This document shows, one piece after another, positions 12,690 through 26,691 of a DNA stretch of 63,774 nucleotides; the first letter of the stretch is position 1, and every line of letters starts with the position of its first letter. A program made the translations under genes and the position numbers. The notes under the pieces were generated by a model. It saw only the letters and a program-made list of their open reading frames with translations, did no database searches and was not told the origin of the DNA. This DNA is from Vezdaea acicularis (taxonomy: Eukaryota): assembly GCA_026025075.1 (NCBI GenBank), contig JAPEUI010000095.1:1-63774 (forward strand), written 5' to 3'.

Positions 12690-15590
12690 ATGGCGATGCT
12701 TGCATCGAAAGCTTCCTACCCGTCCTATACTGTGGCATCAGGACAGATGTCGTCCAGGAGCACAGAAGCACCTCTCACTGCTCGACGAGTACTCGCGCCG
12801 ACAACGTCAAACCAGATGTTTGCTAGTCCAACGGAGTCGGAATTCTCGGACGCTTATGATGGAGGAGAGTCCGTGAGGTAAGACTGAGGCGACTATACAG
12901 ATTCAAATCTTGAGCTTATGACTCCTAATCTAGGTCGTGGGATGAGAAACGTGTAGGAGAATGGCTCCGTTCCATCAACTGCGGACAGTATGAGCAACTC
13001 TTCAAGGGTTAGTTGATGAGTTCATGATAGAACGTCATTTGCTGATTAGTTGGATTTGCAGCGAATCACTTCAATGGCGAAAACCTACTCGAGTGCGACC
13101 AAGCAGTTCTCAAAGAGATGGGCATCAAGAAGATTGGTGATCGCGTGCGCCTGTTCGTTGCAATCAAAAATCTCCGCAACAAGACTTATAGCAAGCAACG
13201 GAAGAGGAATAGGGTATGCTTCAAGATTCCGAACGCTCAGTGCTTAATGCTAAACCTTTCAGGATTCCTTTGCAACTCTCGACAATCCTTCCTATACACC
13301 CCCATCGTCTGCTTCTCCGCGGCCATCTGGAAGTGCTGGGCAACGCTCTCAGACAAGCCAGTCCTATCGACAAAACCAGAGTAGTGGTTCTTCAAGATAC
13401 GAAAAGGTTCCATCCCGCCCGGAGTCCCCCTTCTTGCGTTATCCCGGCATGAGTCCTATGGAGAGCGCTCGTCGGGAGGGCCAAGGATACTTTAATAATT
13501 CGAGCAATCCGAGAACTGGAGAGCCACCCTCGTCAGCAACAACAGTGACCACTCGTGCAATTCCAACTCACAATCGACAGAGTCCCAGTATCAGCATGGG
13601 CCCATTGCCAGAAAAGTCGGGTATAATCCGCGTAATATATGCTCGTGGTGAAACCAGAGTTGTAAGCACCCAAAACTGTAAGACGGCCGAAGACATTATC
13701 CGAAGTGCCCTAAGAAAATTCAATCAACCGGAGCATCATGTCAAGAACTTCTGCTTCTACGTGCTGGATGGTATAGAGCCAGAGCCTGCCAATTGTCGTC
13801 GTATCAACGACACCGAGCTCGTCAGAATTACCAGTGATCCTTCCAGGGCCGAAAGGAATCGCTTGATTCTTCGGAAGATCCACGCTGGCGAACCTGGAAA
13901 TGATGAACTGCAGCGAGCCGCAAAAATTGCTATAGAAGAGAGTGAAACTGCGCTAGCTCAAAATGTGGCAATGGCTAGCACAAAGACGCTCAAAAAGATT
14001 ACCCAAATCACTGGGGCAGATTGGAAGAGCTACGAGAACCCTCAATCTCCCACGTCAGCAATATCTCCCACTGCAAGAGGAATTAACCTTGCCAACGCCC
14101 AATCACAACTAGAGACTCCTAGGGAAGTTCCTCGGGCTGTTCCAAGACAACAGAAGAAAGGCGTCCTCCGCGAGTTCCTTGGACAGCGCCCGCCCAGCGA
14201 ACTCATCAGTTCGGATCTACATACATATTTCCCGGATCACCAGAAAGATGAGATTGAGAACACTGTTCGAATGTCCATGCGAAGGTCTGCCAGGATAAGC
14301 AGAGCTACTAGTCGTCTTAGCACCGCTAGCAATCTCAGCTTTTCCTCAAGTATGAAAGATGCACCACCAATCCCGAGTGTACCAGAGAGTTGGTTGAATA
14401 GCGGAGGCCACGCTCGAGCACCACGACCGTTATCTATCACCAAGCTGGGCGGATCCCATTATAGAGATTCGGTAGCGTCGTCAATGCTCGAGCCTCTTCA
14501 GGAAGAATCTCCTATTGATCCAGACGAACCTGATCGCAAGTCATATGTTTCTTTCGACAGTGGCTCAGACACAATGATGACGTTGGGCGAGAGCTCTAAC
14601 AGCTATTACCATGATACTTCCATTAGTACTCCAGACAAGGACACCGGTGGGTCTCTGAACGAAGAGCTAAGCCAAGCGCTCGCTGAAGACGGCGAGGAGC
14701 AAGACCAAGAGCTCACTCAATTCCTGTCTGGCGACTCATGGGAGAATATTAAATGGATGAAGGGAGCCCTGATCGGTCAAGGCTCGTTTGGAAGTGTCTA
14801 CCTGGCTTTGCACTCGATCACTGGTGAGTTGATGGCCGTCAAGCAAGTGGAAATGCCATCAAACACAGGCAACAAGCTTGATATCAAGAAGCGTGGCATG
14901 GTCGACGCTCTCAAGAGGGAAATCGGACTCCTTAAGGAATTACAGCACGAGAATATCGTGCAATACCTCGGGTCCAGCTCGGATGAGGAGCATCTCAACA
15001 TTTTCCTGGAATACGTTCCTGGTGGCTCCGTCGCAGCGATGCTGAACTCCTACGGCCCTCTGCGCGAACCTCTTATCCGCAACTTCGTCCGCCAGATCCT
15101 CAACGGCCTCGCGTATCTCCACAAACGAGAGATTATCCATCGCGACATCAAGGGCGCCAATGTCCTCGTCGACAACAAAGGTGGCATCAAAATCTCCGAT
15201 TTCGGTATCTCCAAACGTGTTGAAGCCTCCACAATCCTTGGCAGCGGTAATGGCGGCGCAGCTGGCCACGCCCACCGACCCTCGCTCCAAGGCTCGGTCT
15301 TCTGGATGGCCCCAGAAGTTGTTAAGCAGACGTCCTACACCCGCAAAGCGGATATCTGGTCTCTCGGATGTCTCGTCGTCGAGATGTTCACCGGCACTCA
15401 CCCTTATCCAGACTGTTCGCAACTCCAGGCCATCTTCAAGATCGGCAACTCTACCGCTACTCCAACCCTTCCGGAGGTCGCTTCAGACGAAGCTAAGGCT
15501 TTCCTCCAACAAACCTTCGAGATGGACCATAATAAACGTCCCTCTGCCGAAGAACTCCTCTTAAGCCCCTTTTTAAACCCGACTGCATAG
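12690..15590 (+). CDS. STE11: MAP kinase kinase kinase Ste11/SteC (SAM, Ras-association and kinase domains)
   Basis: Three short 5' introns (~12878-12932, ~13008-13061, ~13214-13262). SAM (WLRSINCGQY...MGIKKIGDRVR), RA domain, kinase GQGSFGSV/HRDIKGAN/DFG/SLQGSVFWMAPE. Confidence 0.95.
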
Positions 15591-16672
15591 ACTATCTGAC
15601 CGACCGAGCGCAACAAAAGACGGAGATTCGCGAGAAACTAGGGAATTTGGTACGAGTAGCTGGCTCTCCTCTTCACATCGTTGCTACAAAGCGTTTCGTC
15701 TCCTTCTGCTTCTTATATCGCGGTCAACTCTTGTTTCCTCTTTTTTCTTTGTTCTTTTGCAACTTGCATTAGCACGGAGCGGGACTTCATCACCAATGGC
15801 GCCGGCTGCTTGCTCTCTTTTCTCATTCCCACCCCCTTCACGAGCAACGACGAGTCTTATTGCACGCAACATTATTTGCACTCATGACTTTGAGGATTGT
15901 AATTCCGTCTAGCCTATGTAGGAGGAACAATTAGCTAGAGCCTCATCCCTCGAATCTCTATCTGCTACAAAGCGCCCCTAGTAAACGTCCTCATTGCCGC
16001 TCTTGCCCCATGTGCCTCTCGCGTAAACGCTGATTCTGCCGCCCCACTTGCTTTTCGGCTGTTTATAAACCACTATTACTAGCTTTAAACTTTCAGTCAA
16101 GTTAGCTCAAAACCCCTTCAGATCAAGAACTACTGTCCTTCACCGGACCTTGACTCTTTTTATTCGTCCCCCTTCGTGCCTAGTGCCTAGTGCGGTAGGC
16201 GCACGTGATTTTTTCGCCGATGGGTTCGAGAGTTCGAGTCGTGCTGTTCTCTGTTGGTGGGTTTTGCAGTGGGGTTGGGTGGAGGGGTTTTTTGGGGCTT
16301 TGTAGAGATGGGTAGGTTTCGTTTGTTGGTGGTTTGGGGGGGTGGGTGATGGGTGGATGGTGGTTTTGAGGTTGGTGGGATGGGAGGGCCCCCGTTATTT
16401 AGGACGGTGCTTATGAGCATGAAAGGACTCGCGGAAGCTGGGTTTACCGGGGTACGGTACCTAAAGCGGGCATGAAAAATAACGCGAGGAGAGTCTACAA
16501 AGTAAATCGGTGGAGGAACGCCATGGTTGAAAGACACAGATCCAGCGATCCACCGTCAGATACAGTCCCCGTCCCATCATCTACGTTTGATATCTTCTAT
16601 ACAAAGCCCTCAGTTCCCTTTCCCGCCTGGAATCCCACGCTACACGCTTTCCCTCCTTCCTTCCTTCCCAGT

Positions 16673-17751
16673 TCACCATCCCCGCTTCTGCAGCTTCTCC
16701 CCTTCGTGCATGTCTCCGCAGTTGATGCCCACCATCGCTTCTCCAAGGTCCTCGCTGACCTCCGCCAGTATCTTGGGGTCCTTGTAATGCGTCGTAGCCT
16801 GAACGATCGCCCTCGCCCTCGCGGCCGCGTTCCCGGATTTGAAGATGCCGCTCCCAACGAAAACACCGTCGCAGCCTAGCTGCATCATGAGCGCCGCATC
16901 AGCCGGTGTCGCGATGCCTCCCGCGGCGAAGTTGACGACGGGCAGTCTTTTCAATGCTGCGGTTTCCGCGAGTAGAGAATATGGCGCTTGGATGTCTTTG
17001 GCGAGGACCCTGAGCTCGGTGGGCGACATGGTCGAGGCGGCTTGGATCTCACGCTGGACCGTCCGTTGGTGTCGTACTGCCTCGATCACGTCGCCTGTGC
17101 CGGCTTCGCCCTTGGTGCGGATCATAGCCGCGCCCTCGCTGATTCTCCGTAGCGCCTCTCCAAGGTTGCGACAGCCGCAGACAAAGGGAGTCTCGAAGTC
17201 GTGCTTCTCGACGTGGTGGGCGTGGTCTGCGGGTGTGAGGACTTCGGACTCGTCAATGTAATCTACGCCTATTGCTTGGAGGATCTAAAAGTCGGTTAGA
17301 TAGGGTAGATCAGAGGTGAATAGTAGGAAAGGACTGACTTGACACTCGACAAAGTGCCCTATCCGAGCCTTCGCCATGACTGGTATCGTGACCGCCTCCA
17401 TAATCTCCTTGATCATCTTCGGGTCCGACATTCTTGCTACGCCGCCCTGTGCCCTTATGTCTGCTGGGACTCGTTCAAGAGCCATAACGGCAACAGCACC
17501 GGCTTCTTCTGCTATGCGCGCCTGGGGGAGATTCGTGAGCACTTGTTCCGTAAAAAGCTACCCCGCCATTGCGATGGTGGCAAGAGAGAAAAGCGTACCT
17601 GTTCGGCATTGATAACGTCCATGATGACCCCTCCCTTTAACATCTGAGCCAGACCGGCTTTGACGGTGAAATTGTTCGTCATGCCGTTCGCGCCGTTAGT
17701 AGTACCGGTGGCGGGGCCATGACCGTTAATAACCGGGATCGTCGACGACAT
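16673..17751 (-). CDS. PDX1: Pyridoxal 5'-phosphate synthase subunit Pdx1/Snz1
   Basis: Three exons. [65 protein letters not shown], ends RGW. Confidence 0.97.
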
Positions 17752-18737
17752 TCTCCGAAAGCTCTTGTTCTATAATGACAGCTGAAGAATGAGAGAATAT
17801 GTAAATGGTTACAAGAGCAGAAGTGCACTGTGCAGGTCTCGAGGTTATGGTGCAATAATGTGGACCGTTGTCAGATAAAGGGCGTGGTGGCATGAATCAG
17901 AGGAGAGTGCGGGACAATCCAAAATCTGGAAGTTTTCTTTTGCCCACTAAAATGCCGTCAGCGCGCCGATGGAGAAGCCGAGACCCGGACCCTGCATCGA
18001 GGATCGCTTAGCCCCGGCGCTTTCCCAATCCAGCAGTCGCAGCAGAGCTGTCGTGACACTAAACATATTAAAAGATGCTACTGTATATTGCTCGGGCAGG
18101 TCCGGTCCTAAGAGGAAGGCCATGGACTCGTCATAGAAGCACGCGTCTTCAGCGACAGAGTAGCAGCCCATTGCAAACTAGGTGCATCATGTAAGCGCTC
18201 ATGGAGTTCCCTAGGTTTCAGCTAGGACGCATTTCATTGCGATTATGGAGGTAGAGTTAGCCAGTCTTCCATAGATTCCACCGTGAGCTAAATGCGAAAA
18301 ACGATTCGACTTTGTACGACAACAAGAAGAAAAAAGCACAATCATAAAACCGCCGTAGAGATAGCGAGAGTAACCCCCTTTTTCACCGGCTCTATCCCTG
18401 GAAATTCATATGCATGCCACAGCAAAAGTGCCTACCAGGCCAATGTACTCATGAATGTACTCGCACGCTTGCATTACATTGAAGCTCTCCCAACGCGTTC
18501 CAAACAAAAGCAGATTTAGCCCAGGATTGGTGTATGAGTGATGGTATAGCACGCGCGCCGGCGTGGACAGAATAGACAGGAAGAGAAGAAGGAAGGAGAG
18601 GCCATAGCGATCGTGAGGCCATGGCGGCGTAGACCAAACCATGGTCGATTATATGATTCAAACGCTTTTGTGCAATCTTCCAAGCTCACCCAAACCCCAG
18701 TCCAGGCAAACATATCTGCAAAGAAACCGAATGAAGT

Positions 18738-21700
18738 TTAAGAAGGGGCGGCGATGGCAACATTGGCGGGGGGATTCTCGGATATCTTTGTCGATGTTTG
18801 ACCAGAGCTTGGCCCATCAATGGTGCTATTTGTCGTACTAGGATAAGAGCTGCTTTGGGGCGACTGTGCTTCTGTGCTTAGCAACGGCGGAGTAGTCGTA
18901 GTCGAGTTTTCGCGCGAAGGCGTGACGCTTTGAGCAGGCGTCATAGTGTTGATGATTTTCTCTATCTAAAATGGATATTAGTCTTTGTATCTTTCCCGCT
19001 TGATGTTGGACCCATTGCATACCGCAGTGATTTGCTTGCCATAGCTGAACTTTCTGAGGGTTTGGATCTGTGGCTTGATCATTTGTTTGAAATTCTCTAG
19101 GTCCTCTCCCTTCAAAATCTGAAGCATGGACTCTACGCCGAGGTAAGCTATTGATGTTCATCCATTGGCAAGGATTTTTAAGTACTCACGAATGACGTAG
19201 TTTGCATACTGATCCTTCATCAGGCCTTGGACAGCTGAATGGTCAGAAGCTGGGTTCATGACGGCAGCAGTGAGCTCCCGAAGTTGCTCTGCATTTGCAG
19301 AACGCATGCATCGCTCCACGACGTTGGAACCGCACTTGTTCTTGGAAAATGCAATGAAATTCGCCGCCACAACCTTACTGATCTTCGCCCTGTCTTCCTC
19401 TTTACCGTTCTGCGTGATGTGCTGAACGACATAGTTTCCGTAAGGATCAAGAACCAAAGCATAAGTGCTTGCATGCAACTCTTGTAAGATGGAGCTCTGA
19501 GTAGGCTCGTCACAGTGCTCGAGGAGTCTTTGGATGACACGACACCCGTATTGATGGACCGCTAGAGCAGGAACCTGCCCAGCCACGGCTTTCACCACGA
19601 ACTGAATGTGCTCTTGCGGCACTCGCTCGATCGCCTTCTGGATAACATGGTTACCATTCTGATCCTTGATACATTTCATGACGTGGGACTCGAGTTCTTT
19701 GACGAATTGGACTTGTTGATCGAGCAAGATATGCTCCAGGGCCTATTTTGAATTAGTGACCGACGCCGTAGAAAAGAGCCGATGTGGGGATACCTTTTGC
19801 ACAACTCGACAACCATACATCTGGAGGGATAAGCTCAATATGTGGCCCTTCATTTGTTCCGCTAGAATACTCTTCTGGTGCTGGTTGCCGTGCTCGAAGA
19901 ATTTTTGAATAACGTAGTTTCCGAAGACATCTGTTGTCAGCTGGAGTGCATTGGGGCGTATCTCTCGAAAGACCTGGTCTTTGTCGTCACTGTTGGCGTT
20001 CTCCAGCTTTTGCTGGATGAATCGAGAGCCGTGCTGATCACCACTGAATTCGACGACATGGTTGTAAAGATCCTGAGAGATTAGCGAGAAGCAAGGACTG
20101 CGAATGCTTGCACATACCTTGAGGTCATATCGCTTGCTAGTCTTCGTATTTGACCGAAACTCTTGCAGAAGGGGGCTCACAAGATGATGGCCAATTTCCT
20201 GATCTCGGGCTGGGCCCCGAGGGGGCATTGGGCCTGTGGGTATGTTTGCCGCAGGGCCAGAGGGATAGAAGACACCACCGTACTGATTGAGGCGAAGACC
20301 GTTACCGGGGCTATAGTCGTATGTATGTGGCGGAAAATTGCCACGGAAGGCTTCGTTACGCATCATCAGAGCATTAGCCTGTGGGAAGAAATAAGACGGC
20401 TGGCCTTGAAGCCCTTGCTGTCCCTGTTGTATGCCCTTTAACTTCCTTTCTAGCATTAGAGCATCGGCTTGAGCAAGTTGAGCAGCATGGGTTTGACCAC
20501 GTCCTGTGAAGGCGCCTTGAGGCGGCGCACGAAGCTGATTTATGTTTGTTGGTGGGGTACCACTGGCAGAGTAGTAGGAGTTCCGTAGGCTTGCACGGTG
20601 GTCGCTATCGGCAGGTGATGCAGAGCCTTGACCAGCCGATCTTGGATGCCGTTGCAGGCTGAACGGGTCAGAGGAGAAATCTTCCAAGAGACCTTCAGGC
20701 GTGAGTACCCCAACTCCAGGTGCGGTACTTGAAGCCAGGGCTCCGAAAGAGTGTTTCGTAGATGTGGGAGCTTGACGATGATCCATTGCTGAATTCCATT
20801 GGCGCGATATGTTCACAGGTGCAACCGTTTGATTGGTCGAGTCAAGACTTAACAGTCCAAAAGCATTCATCATCTGGGGAGTTGCCGCATCCCGTGGAGG
20901 GCTATCTTGCCTGCCAAGCTGCGAGTGAGTCGAGTAAACAGAATTGCTAGCTGAATGAACGGCTCGTTGACCCCCAATCGCTTGCGGAGTATACAGACCC
21001 TGCGCTGGATTGCTGATCTGGGTTCCGAACTGGATCCCTGGTGATGGTAGGCCACTTCGATGAGGAGGTATGCTACTGCTCCTCGAAGCCGACGAGCTGC
21101 CAGGAGTAAGAAGGTCGGATGTCGGATATTCTTTTCTAGCCCGCCTCTCTATGCGATCGTCCTCCGATGGCATGTTTGTAGGGGTTCTGAATTGACCATT
21201 TTCGGCGCTGTTAAACGGGAACTGTCCTCTGCTGTCACTAGGTTTGCCGAAGGACCGAAGACCATCACCGTGTGATACTCCTGCAACGAAGCTGCCGGAC
21301 GTCGGATCGAGCATACCCTTCTTGGCAATTCCATTTGTGGTAAGCGTGTTTGGTACAATAGCCTGTCGGGTAGCGGCAAAATATGGAGATGTGCTTCTCA
21401 AGTCTTCTGCGGGGATACTATTGGTGCTCAAATTACGTGATGATGGCGCTCCATTGTCAAGGCCATGAGATCGTATGCCTGGAGCGACGGTAACGTCGCT
21501 TTGAGGATCGTTCCAGGGACCTCTCTGTCGGTTGGACCATGCATCTGCTTGCGTAGAGCCCAGTAGGGAATTCGAATTAGAGGTGTTGTTAAGGGCACCA
21601 GATCCTGAGGCAAGATAATTGCCATCTACTTGCGTCAGACCAGTTAGTCTAAGTACGATGATTTGTTCATAAGAAACTTACTGAGGCGCTCCATGCCGCT

Positions 21701-21982
21701 TTTAGCTGCCCCGAAATCCGTGCTACCAAGGGTGGAATTTCCCCAGATGCCGCCGTTCTGCTGCCAAGTGCTGCCCCCATTTCCCAAGCTCTGACCATAG
21801 GCTGAGCCTTGCGTCGACCGGGACTCTTCGCCACTGCTTTTGAGAGGGTTGGAGGGGAAGTCTCCAAGACGAGTTGGCCGAGACTAAACTTTGGCGTTAG
21901 TGAAGAGCAGAGGACATTGCGTTTTGACAATGCCTACCTGATTATTTGCATTAGAGGCGTTATTCGAGCCAATAGTATCCAT
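18738..21982 (-). CDS. PUF3: Pumilio-family RNA-binding protein (Puf3/Pumilio type)
   Basis: Multi-exon gene. Long low-complexity N-terminus, then eight PUF repeats with recognition motifs SRFIQ, NYVIQ, CRVVQ, NHVIQ, CRVIQ, NYVVQ, SNVVE, NYVIQ. Start ATG at 21982 inferred from splice signals. Confidence 0.88.
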
Positions 21983-24900
21983 TTTCGTAGACGTCGGCAC
22001 GTCAGCACCTAATTTTTGAAGAGAAATAGTGTAGATACCGGGCGGTTCTCGGCCGGCTGAGGATGGAGGTAAGGTATTATAGAAAGTCGCAGAATGGGAA
22101 CCAAAATATCTCGCAGTTGTCAGGAATACTACTGCTTTCCTGTCCTAGAGAATACAAGCAATGGAAATGAGCTTGAATGATCGCGAAAGCCTTCGTGTGG
22201 GACGTCTTTGTACCTATAAACACCGGTCGTAGAGGCATATACAGAAGTGCAAGCACTTTGAAGTCGGTCAGCGGAGTCGAGAAAAAGGCTGTTGAAGAAG
22301 GGTCACTGCGCGAAGTATAGAGCGGATCGGCGTCGAACAGGATGCTGCTGGTCGCGCAACCCCCTCGTTTGCTCACGAGTTGAGGAGTCACCCAATATCG
22401 GTGCGGTCCAGGTGCAGGCAGCCGGATTGCGACAGGATGGAGGCCGGCTCTCGAAGGCTTCGAGCAGATCGTTCGGCCTCTCCACACAGCTGCCTCGGGA
22501 CGAGGGGCCCAGAGCTTGTACTCATGCGGCGCTACAGGTCGTCGTCAGACCAAGCCGGTGATGCTGATGAGGCCACGGACGATGCAAGGGGTCCAAGGCG
22601 TTATCGGAGGGTGGAGGCGCGTAGGTCTGTTGGCCGGAAACGCGCAGAGAGGGCCAACAGGACCGGAGGGATGAGATGAAGTCCAAGTCTGTGAAGGTTG
22701 GGAGCTGCGGTCTGATAAGGTCGGTCCGGTCTCCAGGTTGCTACGGCGTCTCCGCAGCGCGGGGGGGGGGGAGGATTTGCGGAGGAGGATTTGTGATGTC
22801 GATGCCTCTCTCACGCCGGACTGGAATTTCTGGCTTCTGCCTGTCACACCAGCGGACGAGCGAGGGACGGCGGGAAGGCTAAAATTCCCGGCGGCGTCCT
22901 CCCACGCGAGAGGCGAGCCAAGAGGAAGCGCTGGCGGAAGAGAGCCCTTGGAGCTGCTAATCACTTCCTGTACCCAGGAGACTTGGTCCGGCATGTACTG
23001 TACGGCGGCATATGCTATGCGTGTGCACGGGGGTTGGGATGAGTGAAGTCGGGACAACCAGGCCCATCGGTTGACGCCGTGAATCCTTCTGCCATCGATC
23101 GCGCACGACGAGCTGAGGGTCTGGAGGAGGCCTCCCGCTCAGGGGAGATGGCGCAGCCTTGCGGGCGTTTGTCGACGGTTTCAGCGAGCGACAAGGCTCG
23201 CCTCTAGGCGCGAGGAGGGTCGCTGGGGGCGCCGCGATTGACGGTCCCGCGGGCGGCTTGCCCGTTCTTCGACCCTTAGACGAGCCACTAAGCCCCGGCT
23301 AAGGCCAGAGACGCGATCGCGTCCGGGCAAGCTCCAAACCTTTTCACAGCATCGTCGCAGATCACATCCCGTCCAAAATAGAACGCTCAGGAAATATCTT
23401 CGCGGCCGACCGCGCGCTGTTTCACCTGCTGGACGTCGAAAAATGAAGCTCGAACGTCGAGCGTACAACCGTCCTGGGGAATCCTGGAGAAGAGTGGGGC
23501 CGCTGGAGTCGAGCGCAGCTTCACGAGCTGACTCTGCCTGGGACACCGCACGGCGGACTGGATCCGGGAGAGGGTGCGTCGTCCACTGCTGCAGCCTCCG
23601 ACACCATGGAGAAGCACAACCCTTCGCCCGCACCTTGCCCCAGCCATCGAGCTGTCGCTCATGTCTCTTTTCAACCTCCTCCGTTCCTACTCCGTTACTC
23701 GTCTTGAGGAGAGCAAGGGCTTGCGGGTAGGGGACGGAGCTGTTAGCGGTTCTGAAGCGGAGATGAGGAATGTGAAGGTCAAGCAAGGATGCCAGCGCAG
23801 GAATGAGGATTTTGATAGGTTCTTCATTCCGGCGGACTATCTCCATCTCGATGCGTTGCAGACGGGCGCGCGCCCCCAGTCATCGATCGACGCGGTCGCT
23901 GGTCCCATAACGCCATACTATGCCAAGTGGCTTCAACCTGATCACCGCCTCGAAGCAGATGCATCCGCGTTATATCATCAAGCAAACTCATGACCTCGGC
24001 CACGCTCGACCAAGTCGACGGTCTCCGGTTGTCGGCTGGCAAGGTTGCGCTGCCGGGTAGCGGATCGAAATCAGCTTGCCAACAGCCAAAGGGTACTGCG
24101 ATCCGTCGCCTGCGCTCAAACCAGTCGGGCGGCCGCGGCGGGGCGTAGTATCAGCCTGATGGATGCGGGGGTGATTCCACGTCTGTGTCACGTTACTAGA
24201 CGAGGATTGGATTGGTCGTTGCTCCGACCGCCTGGGCGTGATGACCTGGCATATCACTGGCCTTGACGGTGTCGAGGGCCCCGTTTTGCAAGTCTCCGTT
24301 ACTCGGCACTGGACAATCAAACGCTGTGTGTGTTTGGTGCCATGCTAATTGAAGGTCCATAAGCGTTTGAGAGAGGCGAAACAAGGCGGTAGCGCCGCCC
24401 GCCCGCTCAACTAGACGCAGGATCAGCGTTGGCCCTGCGAGAGGTTTGCACCTTCGCACAGTTGCGTATAGCGTGGGATGATTGTGGAACGAACGTGCAC
24501 GTCAGCTCTCAGATGTGGAGGTTTCATCTGGCGCCTCAAACTCGAACATCGCGTGATTCAGCGGACGGCAGAGTTTGATAGCGTACTCGCCATCTACCGA
24601 CGGACCTGACGGACTGCAACGTTTGCAACGACTCCTTCCTGCAAAAGTTCGATGGTATAACATCGCAAAGATGGTAGGGTTGAGGTGGACCACCGCATCT
24701 GGTCAGTCTAAAGAGCCAGCAATCTTATTCTGCCCTCAAACAGAAAGGAGAACCCATTGGTGACCTCAATTCACCCGCTTTCCAGCAAAGGCAGACAGAG
24801 CGCACGCGATTGGTAGAGGGTGGAGACCTCCACGGACGATTTAGCCTGTCATATGTTGATATGTAGGTTGAATGCTTGACTCTCACAAAGAAAGGACATT

Positions 24901-25541
24901 TCTTTGGCATATCACGAGAAATTCTTGTTGTTGCCCCCTTCCGTGCGTGCATCCTGCCCCTGAGCTGAAGTGCCAACTCCGCAGAAGAAAGCAAGCCTCC
25001 TTGACTGTCCTGACAAGGCAGCAGCTTGTGATAGAGGACTGCGTATGATATGAGAAAGGTCTCTTAATTTCGCACGTGATGATGCCAAGCTTAGCCGGGA
25101 GTCGGTTGCTAGTGGTTCCTTGCGCGCGGTTGGTCCGGGCGAAAACGCGAGAAGGCGCAAGCGAGCTTAGCCGAATCCGGCGCTTAGCGACAGACCGCAA
25201 TTTCCCCCCGTTCCTCACCTCTCCCTCCTACACTCCCTCACCTCATCGTCAGCGGTGCGAGTCCTTCCTTCACTCCTTCCTTTGACCTTCATTCTTCAAT
25301 TGGCAGGTGTCGGCTTCATTCTCTCAGCCGAGCGCCTTGCTGTCCACTCATTCGAGTAAATCAAGCAGTCCACGCGTGGGTCCTTGCGTTGGGTCGCGAT
25401 CCAGGAGACAAAACTATCGAATACTCCTTCCTTCGGCCACCTGCGACGAAACCTTCAGCTCTAACCCCATCAATCCGATCTCCTTATAACTCAATCAGTC
25501 GTTTAGACTCATCCAGCACGTCTGCAACCTACCTCGTCAAC

Positions 25542-26090
25542 ATGGATCTCATGAAGCGGCTTGTCGCTCGCGACCAGACCGATAGCGGACTGAACCCCAC
25601 AATGGTCAACCTTTTGATCGTTCTCTTGGTCCTGATATTCCTTGCTTTATCGCTCATTGGTACACTTTTCATTCTCCGAAGCCGTGGAAAGTCAAGAAAG
25701 GAGGCTGGTCTTCCGCTCTACAATGACAAATCCTCGTCGACACACAACCACCGCCGTCTTACAATAACCGCCACCCCCTACGGTCATCGTTCGCAATCTA
25801 TCCATGTTCTGAGCGAGAAACAAGCCTTGATGGAAAACTCTTCATCTCCTCCATTAAGTCCCGAATCGATCCCCGAAATTCGGATTACATTTCCTGAAGA
25901 AGAAGATGAGTCGGGCGCACGAAAATCGGGTCGTGTTGTCGTTGTGCACGTGGGCGATACCGGCATAGGGATGGAACCGGTCGATGAAACGCTGCCTCCA
26001 TATCAAAAGAGTGACGCGGATCGATTCCACTCACTCGACATGGATCGTATAGGGGGGTTAAAGGAGAAGAAGCATGGAGTGAGGCATTAG
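25542..26090 (+). CDS. Small single-pass membrane protein of unknown function
   Basis: ATG at 25542, hydrophobic helix LLIVLLVLIFLALSLIGTLFIL followed by a basic stretch, then PEIRITFPEE...GRVVVVHVGDTGIGMEP...LPPY...DRFHSLDMDRIGGLKEK, a pattern I recognise from filamentous-ascomycete hypothetical proteins. Confidence 0.75.
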   Translation: MDLMKRLVARDQTDSGLNPTMVNLLIVLLVLIFLALSLIGTLFILRSRGKSRKEAGLPLYNDKSSSTHNHRRLTITATPYGHRSQSIHVLSEKQALMENSSSPPLSPESIPEIRITFPEEEDESGARKSGRVVVVHVGDTGIGMEPVDETLPPYQKSDADRFHSLDMDRIGGLKEKKHGVRH

Positions 26091-26691
26091 GGCACGCCAA
26101 GTAGACAGCTCTCGACGAACGTCCATCTGCATATAGGCCGATCTTGTATATTTGACTTGGGCCTATCTTAGGGTCAGCGGCACGGTACGCTCCTTCGATA
26201 GGGACCCTTGGAGGTCTTGACGACATTGCATACTGTATCACTAGGGGTTTATATCAAAGGGTAGGGGGGAGCTTTATGAGATAATTGGTGTAATGCTGCC
26301 ATTTATTGCCTCAATTTGATCGGAGATCTGAGAAGTAATACCAAAGGATGGGTATAAATTTCTTGTCTCATTCGAAATGGGGACATCTACAGTATCTTCG
26401 AAAATCTAGCAATAACTGGGCGCCAATAAATATTGTTACTGATGGTATATCTCGTCTATCAGAACACGAATGAAAGTGCTGGACCTAGAGCAATGTATTG
26501 AACCGGTGCTTGAGTCATCTTGATTTACCACATTGGCAGTTTTGACGGATGCGCGTGGGCCTCGGTCGCCGAATTTTTGATGCGCGAACCTGCACGAGGG
26601 ACGTAGCACGTTCCACTAGAATTGAATACTACGCCGAGGTCTTCCCTTCATGCCACTCTTTTGACCACTACTCTGGCGGCACGAGTCGCAA

